In this document: positions 27,669-36,621 of the stretch, piece by piece
Layout: every line of letters starts with the position of its first letter
Position numbering within the stretch: the stretch's first letter is position 1
Source of the DNA: Candidatus Krumholzibacteriia bacterium
Lineage (GTDB): Bacteria > Krumholzibacteriota > Krumholzibacteriia > WVZY01
Length of the DNA: 41,985 nucleotides
Direction: 5' to 3'
Assembly (NCBI GenBank): GCA_046754105.1
Contig: JBHHVD010000015.1
Location: 1 to 41,985 of the forward strand
Notes under the pieces: model-generated
What the model saw: the letters and a program-made list of their open reading frames with translations, nothing else
Told to the model about the DNA's origin: nothing
Databases searched by the model: none
Made by a program: the position numbers and the translations under genes

Positions 27669-29405
27669 ATGTACATCCTGGGCATTTCTTGTTATTACCA
27701 CGACGCGGCGGCGTGCCTGCTCAAGGACGGCGTTATTATCGCCGCGGCGCAGGAGGAGCGCTTCACCCGCAAACGGCACGATCAGGACTTTCCTTTGAAC
27801 GCGATCAAGTATTGCCTGAATGAGGCAGGGATCACGGCGGCGGACCTAGACTACGTGGGCTTCTATGACAAGCCGTTTATCAAGTTCGAACGTATTCTCT
27901 ACACGTATCTCGCCACGTTTCCCAAGTCACTGCGGTCGTTTCTCAAGGCCATACCGGTATGGCTGCGCCAGAAGCTGTGGATCCCGCAGATGATAAAGAA
28001 GGAACTGGACTACCACGGCGAGGTGCTGCTGATCGAACACCACCTCTCTCATGCGGCGAGTTCTTTCCTCGTGTCCCCATTCGAGGAAGCGGCCGTCATC
28101 ACCGTGGATGGTGTGGGAGAATGGGCGACGGCGACGATCGGCAGGGGGGAGGGAAGGGCGATCGAGCTGTTCAAGGAGATCAAGTTCCCGCACTCACTCG
28201 GGTTGCTGTACAGCGCGTTCACGTATTATCTCGGATTCAAGGTGAACAGCGCGGAATACAAGGTCATGGGCCTGGCACCGTACGGCAAACCCAAGTACTA
28301 CGACAAGGTGCTCGAGCTCATCCGGTTCGACGACGAGGGCGGCTTCAAAATGAACATGAAGTACTTCGCCTACGACTACGGCCTCACGATGACGAACGGC
28401 AGATTCAACGATCTGTTCGGCCGGCCGGTCCGCGATCCGGAGAGCAAACTCGAACAGTTCCACATGGACATGGCGGCCAGCGTACAGAGGGTGACGGAGG
28501 ACGTCGTGTTGAGCATGGCGAAACACGCCCACGCCAAGACGGGCAGCGAGAACCTGTGCATGGCGGGAGGCGTGGCCCTCAATTGTGTCGCCAACGGGCG
28601 CGTGCTCAGGGAAACACCCTTCAAGAATATTTTCATTCAGCCGGCGGCCGGGGACGCAGGTGGGGCCGTTGGTGTTGCGAGCTACATCTATAACTCGATC
28701 CTGGACCACGAGCGCAACTTCGAATGGCGGCACGCGTACCTGGGGCCGGAATTCGCGGCGGATGAAATCCGCGAGTACCTGGATGCGGGCGACGCGGTGT
28801 ATAAGGAGTTTCCCGAAGACGAACTCCTTGACAGAACCACCGATGCCATCGTTGCCCAGAAAGTCATCGGCTGGTTCCAGGGGCGAATGGAGTTCGGGCC
28901 GAGGGCGCTGGGCAACCGGACGATTATCGCGGACGCTCGCAACCCGGAAAACAAAGACGTGGTCAATATGAAGATCAAATTCCGGGAGAGCTTCAGGCCC
29001 TTCGCACCGACCGTCCTCGAGGAGCGGGTCAGCGACTATTTCGAACTCGACGTTCCCAGCCCGTACATGCTGCTCGTCGCTCAGGTGCGCGAGGACAAAC
29101 GCGAGATCCCTTCGGTAACTCACGTCGATGGATCGGCCAGGATACAGACGATCAACCGCGAGGAAAACCGCATTTACTACGACCTCGTCAAGAGATTTGA
29201 GAGCAAAACCGGGTGCCCCGTTATCATCAACACGTCGTTCAACGTGCGCGGCGAACCGATCGTGTGCACGCCGCACGACGCCTACATGTGTTTCATGCGC
29301 ACCAACATGGACGTGCTCGTGATGGGCCGCTTCTACCTGGAAAAGAAGGACCAGAAGCCGCTGGAAGAGGACGTCGACTGGCGCAACCTCTTCGAGCTGG
29401 ACTGA
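27669..29405 (+). CDS. Carbamoyltransferase (NodU/CmcH/SxtI family)
   Basis: MYILGISCYYHDAAA, EERFTRKRHD, EHHLSHAAS, DGVGE, EYKVMGLAPYG, GGVALNC, EFGPRALGNR, KFRESFRPFAP and NTSFNVRGEPIV motifs. Confidence 0.95.
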   Translation: MYILGISCYYHDAAACLLKDGVIIAAAQEERFTRKRHDQDFPLNAIKYCLNEAGITAADLDYVGFYDKPFIKFERILYTYLATFPKSLRSFLKAIPVWLRQKLWIPQMIKKELDYHGEVLLIEHHLSHAASSFLVSPFEEAAVITVDGVGEWATATIGRGEGRAIELFKEIKFPHSLGLLYSAFTYYLGFKVNSAEYKVMGLAPYGKPKYYDKVLELIRFDDEGGFKMNMKYFAYDYGLTMTNGRFNDLFGRPVRDPESKLEQFHMDMAASVQRVTEDVVLSMAKHAHAKTGSENLCMAGGVALNCVANGRVLRETPFKNIFIQPAAGDAGGAVGVASYIYNSILDHERNFEWRHAYLGPEFAADEIREYLDAGDAVYKEFPEDELLDRTTDAIVAQKVIGWFQGRMEFGPRALGNRTIIADARNPENKDVVNMKIKFRESFRPFAPTVLEERVSDYFELDVPSPYMLLVAQVREDKREIPSVTHVDGSARIQTINREENRIYYDLVKRFESKTGCPVIINTSFNVRGEPIVCTPHDAYMCFMRTNMDVLVMGRFYLEKKDQKPLEEDVDWRNLFELD

Positions 29406-29456
29406 CCTTTCCCGGATGCCTTCTTCCAGCCCCGACGGCGTTCGCCGTGGGCCAAC

Positions 29457-29485
29457 TTGACGAAGCCACGTCGGTTCATTACTAT
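29457..29485 (+). promoter_or_regulatory. Sigma70 promoter for the lon-like/queG genes
   Basis: TTGACG, 17-nt spacer, TACTAT; RBS CAGGAGGT before ATG 29530. Confidence 0.7.
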
Positions 29486-29529
29486 TTCAAGTGTAAATCG
29501 CAGTGGGAAAACCACATCAGGAGGTCGTA

Positions 29530-31950
29530 ATGGGTGGTTCATCTGATCTGGAGGTCGGGGCCGAAGCCATGAGATGGCGCTGCAATCCGGATCGTCTGGG
29601 ATTCGAGACGACGGACGAAATGGAATGTTGCACGGATATCATCGGGCAGGATCGCGCGCTCGACGCGATACGGCTTGGTCTCGAAATCACAAGCCCCGGC
29701 TACAATATCTACGTGTCGGGGCTCACGGGAACGGGCAAGTCGACGACCATTCAGCGACTGCTGCGCAGCCTGCCCAAACAAGAAAAGCAACTTCGTGATA
29801 TCTGCTACGTCCACAACTTCCGCTCACCGGAAGAACCGGCGTGTGTCTACCTGCCGGCCGGCCAGGGCGCCGCGTTCAAGAAGAGCATGACGGAGGTCGT
29901 CAAGACGCTCCGCGAGCACGTTCCAAAAGTGTTGGAGACCGAAGGCTACACGCAGCGTCAAAAACGAATCATGTCGCGCGCGAAAGGCCGCAGGACCGAG
30001 CAGGCCACGGAGTTCGAGAAGCTGATCACCGAAAAAGGATTTCAGTTGCACGAGGTTCAGTACGGGCCTTTCACGCGTCCAGCTATCGTAGCGGTGATCG
30101 ATGACAAGCCGGTGGAGATGGAGGAGCTTCCGGGCCTCGTTGCGGCCGGGCAACTCAAGGAGAAAGAACACAAACGGCTGCGGGACGACCACGAAATGCT
30201 CAGCTCGCGGATGGAGGCGTTTCTCAAAACGACCCGCGATCTCGACCGCGGCCTGGCAGACAACGTTCGCGCCCTGCAGAAACAATTCGTCAGCCCCATC
30301 ATCGACACATGCGTCAAAGAAGTCGAGGAGAGGTTTCCGGACGCCGACCTGCGCCGGTACCTGACCGAGCTGCGGGAGTACGCTACTGACAACCTCGAGC
30401 TGTTCATCGAGTTGGAGGACCCGGAGGCGCGCAAGAGCGAGCGGACTTTCGTGGAATTTGAAGTGAACGTCATCGTCGAGCACGCGCGCTCGAAAGAGGC
30501 CCCCGTGATCATCGAAACCGCTCCGACGTACCGCAACGTTTTCGGGACGATCGAGCGCATGACCGACGACCGTGGGGGGCAGCGCGCAGACCTGACGATG
30601 ATCCGGTCCGGCTCCCTGCTGCAGGCGGACGGGGGATTCCTGGTCCTGAGCCTGGCGGATGTCTTCGAGGAACCAGCCGTATGGCCTGCGTTGAAGCGGA
30701 CGCTGAAGAACAAGAAGATATCGATCCAGGCGCTCGACACGGCGTTCTTCGGACCGGCGTCCGCCCTCAAGCCGGAGCCGATCGACATCGACGTAAAAGT
30801 GGTTCTGATAGGGGATGCGGACTCTTACCACATGTTGTACCAATACGACGAGGATTTTCGGAAGATCTTCAAAGTAAAAGCGGATTTCGATACCGAGATC
30901 CCCAACGACCAGGAGAACCTGAACAAGTACGGCCAGTTCATCAAGAAACTCATAACCGACGAGCGTCTGCTCGCGTTCCACAAGTCGGCGGTGGCGGCGT
31001 GCGCCGAGCAGGGGGCCGAGATCGCAGGCCGGCAGGACAAGCTCACGACCCGCTTCAGTGACGTCGCGGATATCGTAAGGGAAGCAAACTACTGGGCGGG
31101 CAAGGCGGGCGCGGAACTCGTGATGGCGGAGCACGTGGACCGGGCGGTGCAGGAGAGGATTCGTCGCGTCAACCTCTCCGAAGAAAAGTTGGGCGAGATG
31201 CTCGCGGACGGAACCATCCTGCTGGATATCGACGGCAGCAAGGCGGGTCAGGTCAATGGCCTCTCGGTCTTCGATCTTGGAGATTACTCGTTCGGCAAAC
31301 CCGTCCGCATAACCGTTGAGACGTCGATGGGACGAGCGGGGATCATCAACATCGAGCGCGAGGCGGAAATGAGCGGCAAGACGTACAACAAGGGCAGCCT
31401 GATTCTCGAGGGTTACCTGAGACGACGATTTGCGCAGAGCCGCCCGCTGGCGATGAGTGCGAGCATCTGCTTCGAGCAGTCGTACGGTGGAGTAGACGGC
31501 GACAGCGCGTCATCCACCGAGATATACGGTTTGCTATCGAGTCTGGCCGAGTTGCCGTTGAGGCAGGACCTTGCCGTGACCGGATCGGTCAATCAAAAAG
31601 GCGAGATCCAGCCGATCGGCGGGGTCAACGAAAAAGTGCACGGCTTCTACGACATTTGCAAGATCAAGGGGTTCACCGGTACGCAGGGCGTTATCATTCC
31701 AAAGTTGAACATGGTGGACCTGATGCTGCGCACCGATGTCGTAAGAGCGATCAAGGAGAACAGGTTTCACATCTACGCCATCGAGGCCATCGACGAGGGC
31801 GTGGAGCTCCTGACCGGTGTGAAAGCGGGGCAGCAGATGTCCGACGGGAGTTTCGAGAAAAACAGCGTCAACGATCTCGTCGACAAGAAGCTCGAAAAAT
31901 TCGCCGAGCAAATAAAGGACTACTATGAGACCGGGGACGAAAAGGAATAA
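29530..31950 (+). CDS. Lon-like protease (LonB/LonC type, AAA_32 plus peptidase S16)
   Basis: IIGQDRA, GLTGTGKS, YVHNF, coiled-coil insertion, GQVNGL, FEQSYGGVDGDSAS (catalytic Ser) and QPIGGVNEK (catalytic Lys). Confidence 0.92.
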   Translation: MGGSSDLEVGAEAMRWRCNPDRLGFETTDEMECCTDIIGQDRALDAIRLGLEITSPGYNIYVSGLTGTGKSTTIQRLLRSLPKQEKQLRDICYVHNFRSPEEPACVYLPAGQGAAFKKSMTEVVKTLREHVPKVLETEGYTQRQKRIMSRAKGRRTEQATEFEKLITEKGFQLHEVQYGPFTRPAIVAVIDDKPVEMEELPGLVAAGQLKEKEHKRLRDDHEMLSSRMEAFLKTTRDLDRGLADNVRALQKQFVSPIIDTCVKEVEERFPDADLRRYLTELREYATDNLELFIELEDPEARKSERTFVEFEVNVIVEHARSKEAPVIIETAPTYRNVFGTIERMTDDRGGQRADLTMIRSGSLLQADGGFLVLSLADVFEEPAVWPALKRTLKNKKISIQALDTAFFGPASALKPEPIDIDVKVVLIGDADSYHMLYQYDEDFRKIFKVKADFDTEIPNDQENLNKYGQFIKKLITDERLLAFHKSAVAACAEQGAEIAGRQDKLTTRFSDVADIVREANYWAGKAGAELVMAEHVDRAVQERIRRVNLSEEKLGEMLADGTILLDIDGSKAGQVNGLSVFDLGDYSFGKPVRITVETSMGRAGIINIEREAEMSGKTYNKGSLILEGYLRRRFAQSRPLAMSASICFEQSYGGVDGDSASSTEIYGLLSSLAELPLRQDLAVTGSVNQKGEIQPIGGVNEKVHGFYDICKIKGFTGTQGVIIPKLNMVDLMLRTDVVRAIKENRFHIYAIEAIDEGVELLTGVKAGQQMSDGSFEKNSVNDLVDKKLEKFAEQIKDYYETGDEKE

Positions 31951-32950
31951 CGGCCCGGTCCGTTACTCTGCGGAGACGCTGATAAAGGGCGCCGCGCGCG
32001 AGGCCGGTTTTTCGGACGCCGGCATAGCCGACATCAAACCGTCGCCGGAGTCGGACCGCGCGTACGACCGCTGGATACAGCAGGGCAAACACGGAGAGAT
32101 GCGCTACCTCTCCGGGGGCGCGGACAAGCGGCACGATCCCGGGTTGTTGCTGCCGGGAGCCAGGTCGGTCGTCAGCGTGGCATTGAACTACTATTCGGAA
32201 GCGCGGGCCGAAAGAAACGAGACGCAAATCGAAGAGGGCAAGGGCGTGTTCTCCCTCTACGCGCACGGCCGCGACTACCACTCAGTGCTGACCGAAATGT
32301 TGACGGAGTTCGACGGGCGGCTGCGCCGGTTCTTCCCCGGGATGGAATCGGCGATATGCGTCGATACGCAGCCCATATCGGAGCGCGATCTGGCGGTGCG
32401 GGCCGGCATCGCCTGGCTCGGGAAAAACACCATGGCGATTTCGCCCGAGTTCGGCTCGTGGGTGTTTTTGGGTGAGCTGGTGACGAACCTGGAGCTGCGC
32501 AGCGACGCGCCCCTGAGGAGCCTCTGTGGGTCGTGCACGCGATGTATGGACGCGTGTCCGACGGGGGCGCTCGACGAGGCCTATACGCTCGATGCAACGA
32601 AGTGCATTTCCTACCTGACCATCGAAAAACGGGGCGACATCCCGCGGGAATTCCATCGCGCCATCTCCGGCAACCTGTTCGGGTGCGACGACTGCCAGCG
32701 CGCGTGCCCGTTCAACGACTACCCGAGTGATTCCAACGTCTTTACCGGCGAGCCCCCCAATCGGCTCGTCGGGATGTCCTTGAGGGAACTGAGCGAAGTC
32801 GGGGATGAGGACTTTAGGGAATTGACCCGCGACAGCGCCATCGGCCGCTGCAAGGCCGCTGGATTGCGACGGAACGCGCGCATCGTGGCGCGGAATCTCG
32901 GTGACACCGGGGCGAAACGGGGGGCGGCTGGGGATCAGGGACCGACGTAA
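31925..32950 (+). CDS. queG: Epoxyqueuosine reductase
   Basis: YAHGRDYH, VDTQPISER, GWLGKN-like, GSWVFLGE, CGSCTRCMDACPT, CISYLTIE and FGCDDCQRACP motifs; exact start uncertain. Confidence 0.93.
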   Translation: MRPGTKRNNGPVRYSAETLIKGAAREAGFSDAGIADIKPSPESDRAYDRWIQQGKHGEMRYLSGGADKRHDPGLLLPGARSVVSVALNYYSEARAERNETQIEEGKGVFSLYAHGRDYHSVLTEMLTEFDGRLRRFFPGMESAICVDTQPISERDLAVRAGIAWLGKNTMAISPEFGSWVFLGELVTNLELRSDAPLRSLCGSCTRCMDACPTGALDEAYTLDATKCISYLTIEKRGDIPREFHRAISGNLFGCDDCQRACPFNDYPSDSNVFTGEPPNRLVGMSLRELSEVGDEDFRELTRDSAIGRCKAAGLRRNARIVARNLGDTGAKRGAAGDQGPT

Positions 32951-34587
32951 GCGGGCCGGGTCCGTTGTGGAACCCGTTGAAAGAGCATCGTTGGAAGATC
33001 GGTGAGCGTGCCGTCGTCCAACAGCGTGTAATAGCGTCTTCGGGCGTTGACCATGAAGTTGAACAGGTGCGCGGCATGGGTGTACTTGAGCGCCTCGTCG
33101 ATATAGTCAACCGCCTGCCTAAAACGCTGCTCGTGGCCGTGAATCTCCGCGAGCCGCAGCGCGGCGAACATCTGGTAACTCTGGTCGATGTGCGGGGCTT
33201 CCACGTCGAGCGCCGCCATGTACGCGCGGGCGGCCGCCTCGAACTCCTGCGCGACGAGGTTGAGTTCGCCGTTGTAAAAGTGGTAGATCACGTCCTCACC
33301 GTGATTCTGCCGGTAGCGCTCCAGGCCCTCCGACGCTTCGGCAAGGCGGACGTCGTAGATGCGGCCGACGAATTCCAGCTCTTCGAGTTCGATTACCTCG
33401 TAGGGCTCGTCGAGACCCTTCAGCAGCTTGTGCGCCGTATCGTGGAAGAACTTCATCTCCTCGGATTCGATTACCCCTGAGAAAGCCTCTCGTGCCTCGG
33501 TTGTCCTGCCGGACTTCGCGTAGAGGATGCCGCGGTTTAGCAGCGCCAGCGGGAGCATCCAGTCGGGTCTCGCGACCGGATTGTCGATCAGCGTGGTGAA
33601 CGAGAATACCGCCGTTGCGGGAGACAGGAAAAACATGTCGGAGAAGGCCCGGTGAAGATGCATGCGCTTTACCAGGTTCCAGTTCGCGTCGTGGCCCCGG
33701 CGGCCCAGGTGGCGTGCGAGACTCTTGTCCTCGATGCGCTGGAATTCCCTCAACTTCAAGGGATAGAGCGGTGCCAGCACGCCGTACGGCTCCGCCAGCC
33801 GGGTGTAGTTCGGGTAGCGGTCAACCAGGGCGGACATGGCGGTGATACCCTTTTCCAGATGCCCGTCGAACAACAAGTCGATGGCCGCGCGCGCGATCTC
33901 GTAATCGCTGTGAAACGGACCGTTGTTGGTCGCGGCGTATTCGATCATTCGCAGGCCCTTCTCGCGGTCGCCGCTGGGAAAGAAAAGGAGCTTTGAGAAG
34001 AACTTCACCACGCCGGGAATCGCGTCCGCGAAATACAAAAAAGCGCCCAGGTCGCCCTGGGCGTCGGGGTCATCCGGTACGTGCCGCAGGTATTCCTCGA
34101 AATCCTTTTTCGCCCGCCCGCCCGCGCGCCCAGCGCTCCAATAACCCTTTGTCAGAGTGTGCAGCTGCGCCTTGCCAAAATGGGCGCGGGCCCGGTAATA
34201 ACGGAACTTGGGGTCCAAAGCGCCGTTTTCCGTCGCCTCGTCACACAGCTCGATGACGCGGTCGAACACGGCGTGTATCCGATTGACGTCGTCCCGCAGC
34301 AGTTCCTTATTGTTGTCCTCGTCGGGAAGCTGGTCGCGCATCACACGCGCCTTGAGCAGAAGCACCATGGGATCGCGTGACGTCGCCCACGGCTCGTCGC
34401 CGAGGATGGTCATGGCGGAGTCCGACCTGCCGTCGCAGATGAGGTCCATAATCTGGTATGGGTTAATGGATTCCGCGGGCCGCAAGCTGGGGGACAGCGG
34501 CTCGGGCGTGTCCTTCTCGGACTGCGTGGCTCCGGCGGGGTGGGCCACGAACAGGAACGTGGCTGCTATGACCAACAGTCGTTTCAC
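32935..34587 (-). CDS. Secreted all-helical TPR-like hypothetical protein
   Basis: GTG start; Sec signal MKRLLVIAATFLFVAHPAGA; TPR-like helices (LLNRGILYAKSGRTTEAREAF); GDREKGLRMIEYAA. Confidence 0.75.
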   Translation of the reverse strand: MKRLLVIAATFLFVAHPAGATQSEKDTPEPLSPSLRPAESINPYQIMDLICDGRSDSAMTILGDEPWATSRDPMVLLLKARVMRDQLPDEDNNKELLRDDVNRIHAVFDRVIELCDEATENGALDPKFRYYRARAHFGKAQLHTLTKGYWSAGRAGGRAKKDFEEYLRHVPDDPDAQGDLGAFLYFADAIPGVVKFFSKLLFFPSGDREKGLRMIEYAATNNGPFHSDYEIARAAIDLLFDGHLEKGITAMSALVDRYPNYTRLAEPYGVLAPLYPLKLREFQRIEDKSLARHLGRRGHDANWNLVKRMHLHRAFSDMFFLSPATAVFSFTTLIDNPVARPDWMLPLALLNRGILYAKSGRTTEAREAFSGVIESEEMKFFHDTAHKLLKGLDEPYEVIELEELEFVGRIYDVRLAEASEGLERYRQNHGEDVIYHFYNGELNLVAQEFEAAARAYMAALDVEAPHIDQSYQMFAALRLAEIHGHEQRFRQAVDYIDEALKYTHAAHLFNFMVNARRRYYTLLDDGTLTDLPTMLFQRVPQRTRPAYVGP

Positions 34588-34704
34588 TCTTTAACCCTCT
34601 GCTGGCGGCAAAGTGTGCCGAAACGGGCTACAGGCATAATGCAACAGATCGACTTTCAAGAAAAGCGGAATCTTTTTTGGATGCTGGTTGTCCTCGTGCC
34701 TCCT

Positions 34705-34720
34705 TGGCATATCTATTGCA
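34705..34720 (+). promoter_or_regulatory. Sigma54 (-24/-12) promoter for the HEAT/HD-GYP operon
   Basis: TGGCATATCTATTGCA closely matches TGGCAC-N5-TTGCW, 33 nt before ATG 34753. Confidence 0.7.
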
Positions 34721-34752
34721 TCATCACGGTTAATCCCCTGCGGGACACAGAT

Positions 34753-36621
34753 ATGGATAAGAGCGCCGATCAAAATGCCCACGAGTCCGGTACGGCTCTG
34801 GAACCCCTTCACGCCGTGGAAAAAGTGCGGCGTATTACGAACACCCTTTCCAAGTTCGTTACCGGCAAAAAGACCTACGCAAAAAACAATCCAACACTCG
34901 CCAAGTTCGCAAAGGAATTCGACGATGCCTTTCGCACGTTTTTCGAAGACCACGAAGCGCTTGTCCTGACCGTGGAGCAGTGCGAGATGAAGTGGGAGGG
35001 CCGGGTAGTCTACGAGAACGAAAAGATCGACGACAGCCTGGCGTTCATGCTCTACAAGGACGGCATCGGCGAGGTTACTTTTCACAACAAGGTCAATTCG
35101 GAACAGCTGGAGAGATTCGTCGATCTTCTAAAGGACGAAATCCACAACTTTTCTCCCGAAGAAGATATCGTAACCAAGCTCTGGCGGTCGGACTTCGAAG
35201 ACATCACGTACCGTGTGCTCGACGAATACCTCGTCGGCGAGTTCGACCACGGCCAAAGCAGCGACCGCTCCGCCCTCAGCGTTCTCCAGGCCGGCGATCA
35301 TCCGGGTTTGCCCAGTTTCGCCGACAGCGGCCGGGTCATCGTGGATGCGACGGACTCGATCGAGTCGATCAGCTCGTACCTGATCGACTTATTCGCCGGC
35401 GGGTCGGCGGCGACTACCGAATCGGATAACGAGGAGCTGTTCCAGAAGATGCTCGGGTCGTTCTTTACGATCAGTAGTGAAGAGTTGAAACTCTGCCAGG
35501 AGGAGATCCACCGTGAGAAGCAACGGGACCCGCTGATCTGGTTTCTGGATGGTATTTTCGATTTTGCCCTGCTTCAGGACAACCCGTCGGTCGTACGCGA
35601 CGTCACCGACGTAATCGAATGTCTCATCGAGTTCATCGTCGCGGAGGGAAAGCTGCCCATACTGGATGAGACCCTGAATCTCATCAAGCGGTTTGTGGGC
35701 AAGCGTCCTGTCCCGGAGTCTCTCCAGCCGTTCCTGACGAAACTCGAAGACCGCTTCGCGGATACGTCTTTACTCCTGACACTGGGAGAGAAAGCGGTCA
35801 AGTGGAACAAGGACGCCGAAGCGCTTTTCGCCTACTTTCGCACGGTGGGCAAGAGGTCCGTGCCGACGATTTGTTCGCTTCTCGGTGACCTCCAGGGCTC
35901 CAAGCTTCACGTGGCGGCGTGCCAGACCCTGGTCGCTGTGGCCCCCGACGACATGCACGAGATCATCGAGACAATGAACGTGGACGATCCAAAGATTGCC
36001 AGAGACATAACATTTCTGTTGGGTGCAATTGAGGGAGACAATATTCCGCGGGTCGTCAAGCAACTCGTGCACTACCCGGAACGCGCGGTGCGCACGGAAA
36101 TAGTCAAATACCTGGCCGGGAAGCGAACGGAGGACGCCGTGATGCTGCTGGCCGTGATGCTGGAGGACCCGGACAAACACGTCAGGTTCAGGACGCTGGC
36201 TGCCGCCGAGCGGATCGAGCACCCGATCCTCACCAACAAGGTCTGGGCCATGATCGCTGGCAAGGAACTGGGTCAAAGGAGTCTTGACGAGCAGGAACAC
36301 TTTTTCAAGACGGCCGGCAGGCTCAAGGGTAAAGAAATGTTGCCGGCGATCAAAGGCATCCTCGACAAGAAGAAATTGTTCGGATTGGGCAAGGGCGCCA
36401 AGGAGGACAAGCTCCTGGCGATCCGTGCGCTGGAGCAGATCGGCGGCCCGGAGTCGGTGGGAATGCTGGAGGGGCTGGTGGACGACAAGAACACGCTGGT
36501 CAAGACCAAGGCGCGGCGAGCGATACAGGCGATAGAGAAGACCGCCCTCTCGCCCGAGGCGGGGAGCGGGACTGGAGAGGAACGCGAGGAGGCGGATGAT
36601 GACCGAGCAAACGAAGAATAA
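34753..36621 (+). CDS. HEAT-repeat protein
   Basis: N-terminal YAKNNP...LYKDGIGEVTF...LWRSDFEDITY domain and C-terminal HEAT repeats (LEDPDKHVRFRTL, LAIRALEQIG); start moved to ATG 34753 downstream of the promoter. Confidence 0.8.
   Translation: MDKSADQNAHESGTALEPLHAVEKVRRITNTLSKFVTGKKTYAKNNPTLAKFAKEFDDAFRTFFEDHEALVLTVEQCEMKWEGRVVYENEKIDDSLAFMLYKDGIGEVTFHNKVNSEQLERFVDLLKDEIHNFSPEEDIVTKLWRSDFEDITYRVLDEYLVGEFDHGQSSDRSALSVLQAGDHPGLPSFADSGRVIVDATDSIESISSYLIDLFAGGSAATTESDNEELFQKMLGSFFTISSEELKLCQEEIHREKQRDPLIWFLDGIFDFALLQDNPSVVRDVTDVIECLIEFIVAEGKLPILDETLNLIKRFVGKRPVPESLQPFLTKLEDRFADTSLLLTLGEKAVKWNKDAEALFAYFRTVGKRSVPTICSLLGDLQGSKLHVAACQTLVAVAPDDMHEIIETMNVDDPKIARDITFLLGAIEGDNIPRVVKQLVHYPERAVRTEIVKYLAGKRTEDAVMLLAVMLEDPDKHVRFRTLAAAERIEHPILTNKVWAMIAGKELGQRSLDEQEHFFKTAGRLKGKEMLPAIKGILDKKKLFGLGKGAKEDKLLAIRALEQIGGPESVGMLEGLVDDKNTLVKTKARRAIQAIEKTALSPEAGSGTGEEREEADDDRANEE

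Noticed and set aside
27275..29405. Saxitoxin biosynthesis cluster
   Set aside because: Only SxtJ-like and SxtI-like genes are present; no sxtA, sxtG or other core genes occur in the window.
14213..32950. queF and queG as a 7-deazaguanine DNA-modification (dpd) island
   Set aside because: They are 17 kb apart, are ordinary tRNA queuosine enzymes, and no dpdA/tgt-like gene is present in the window.
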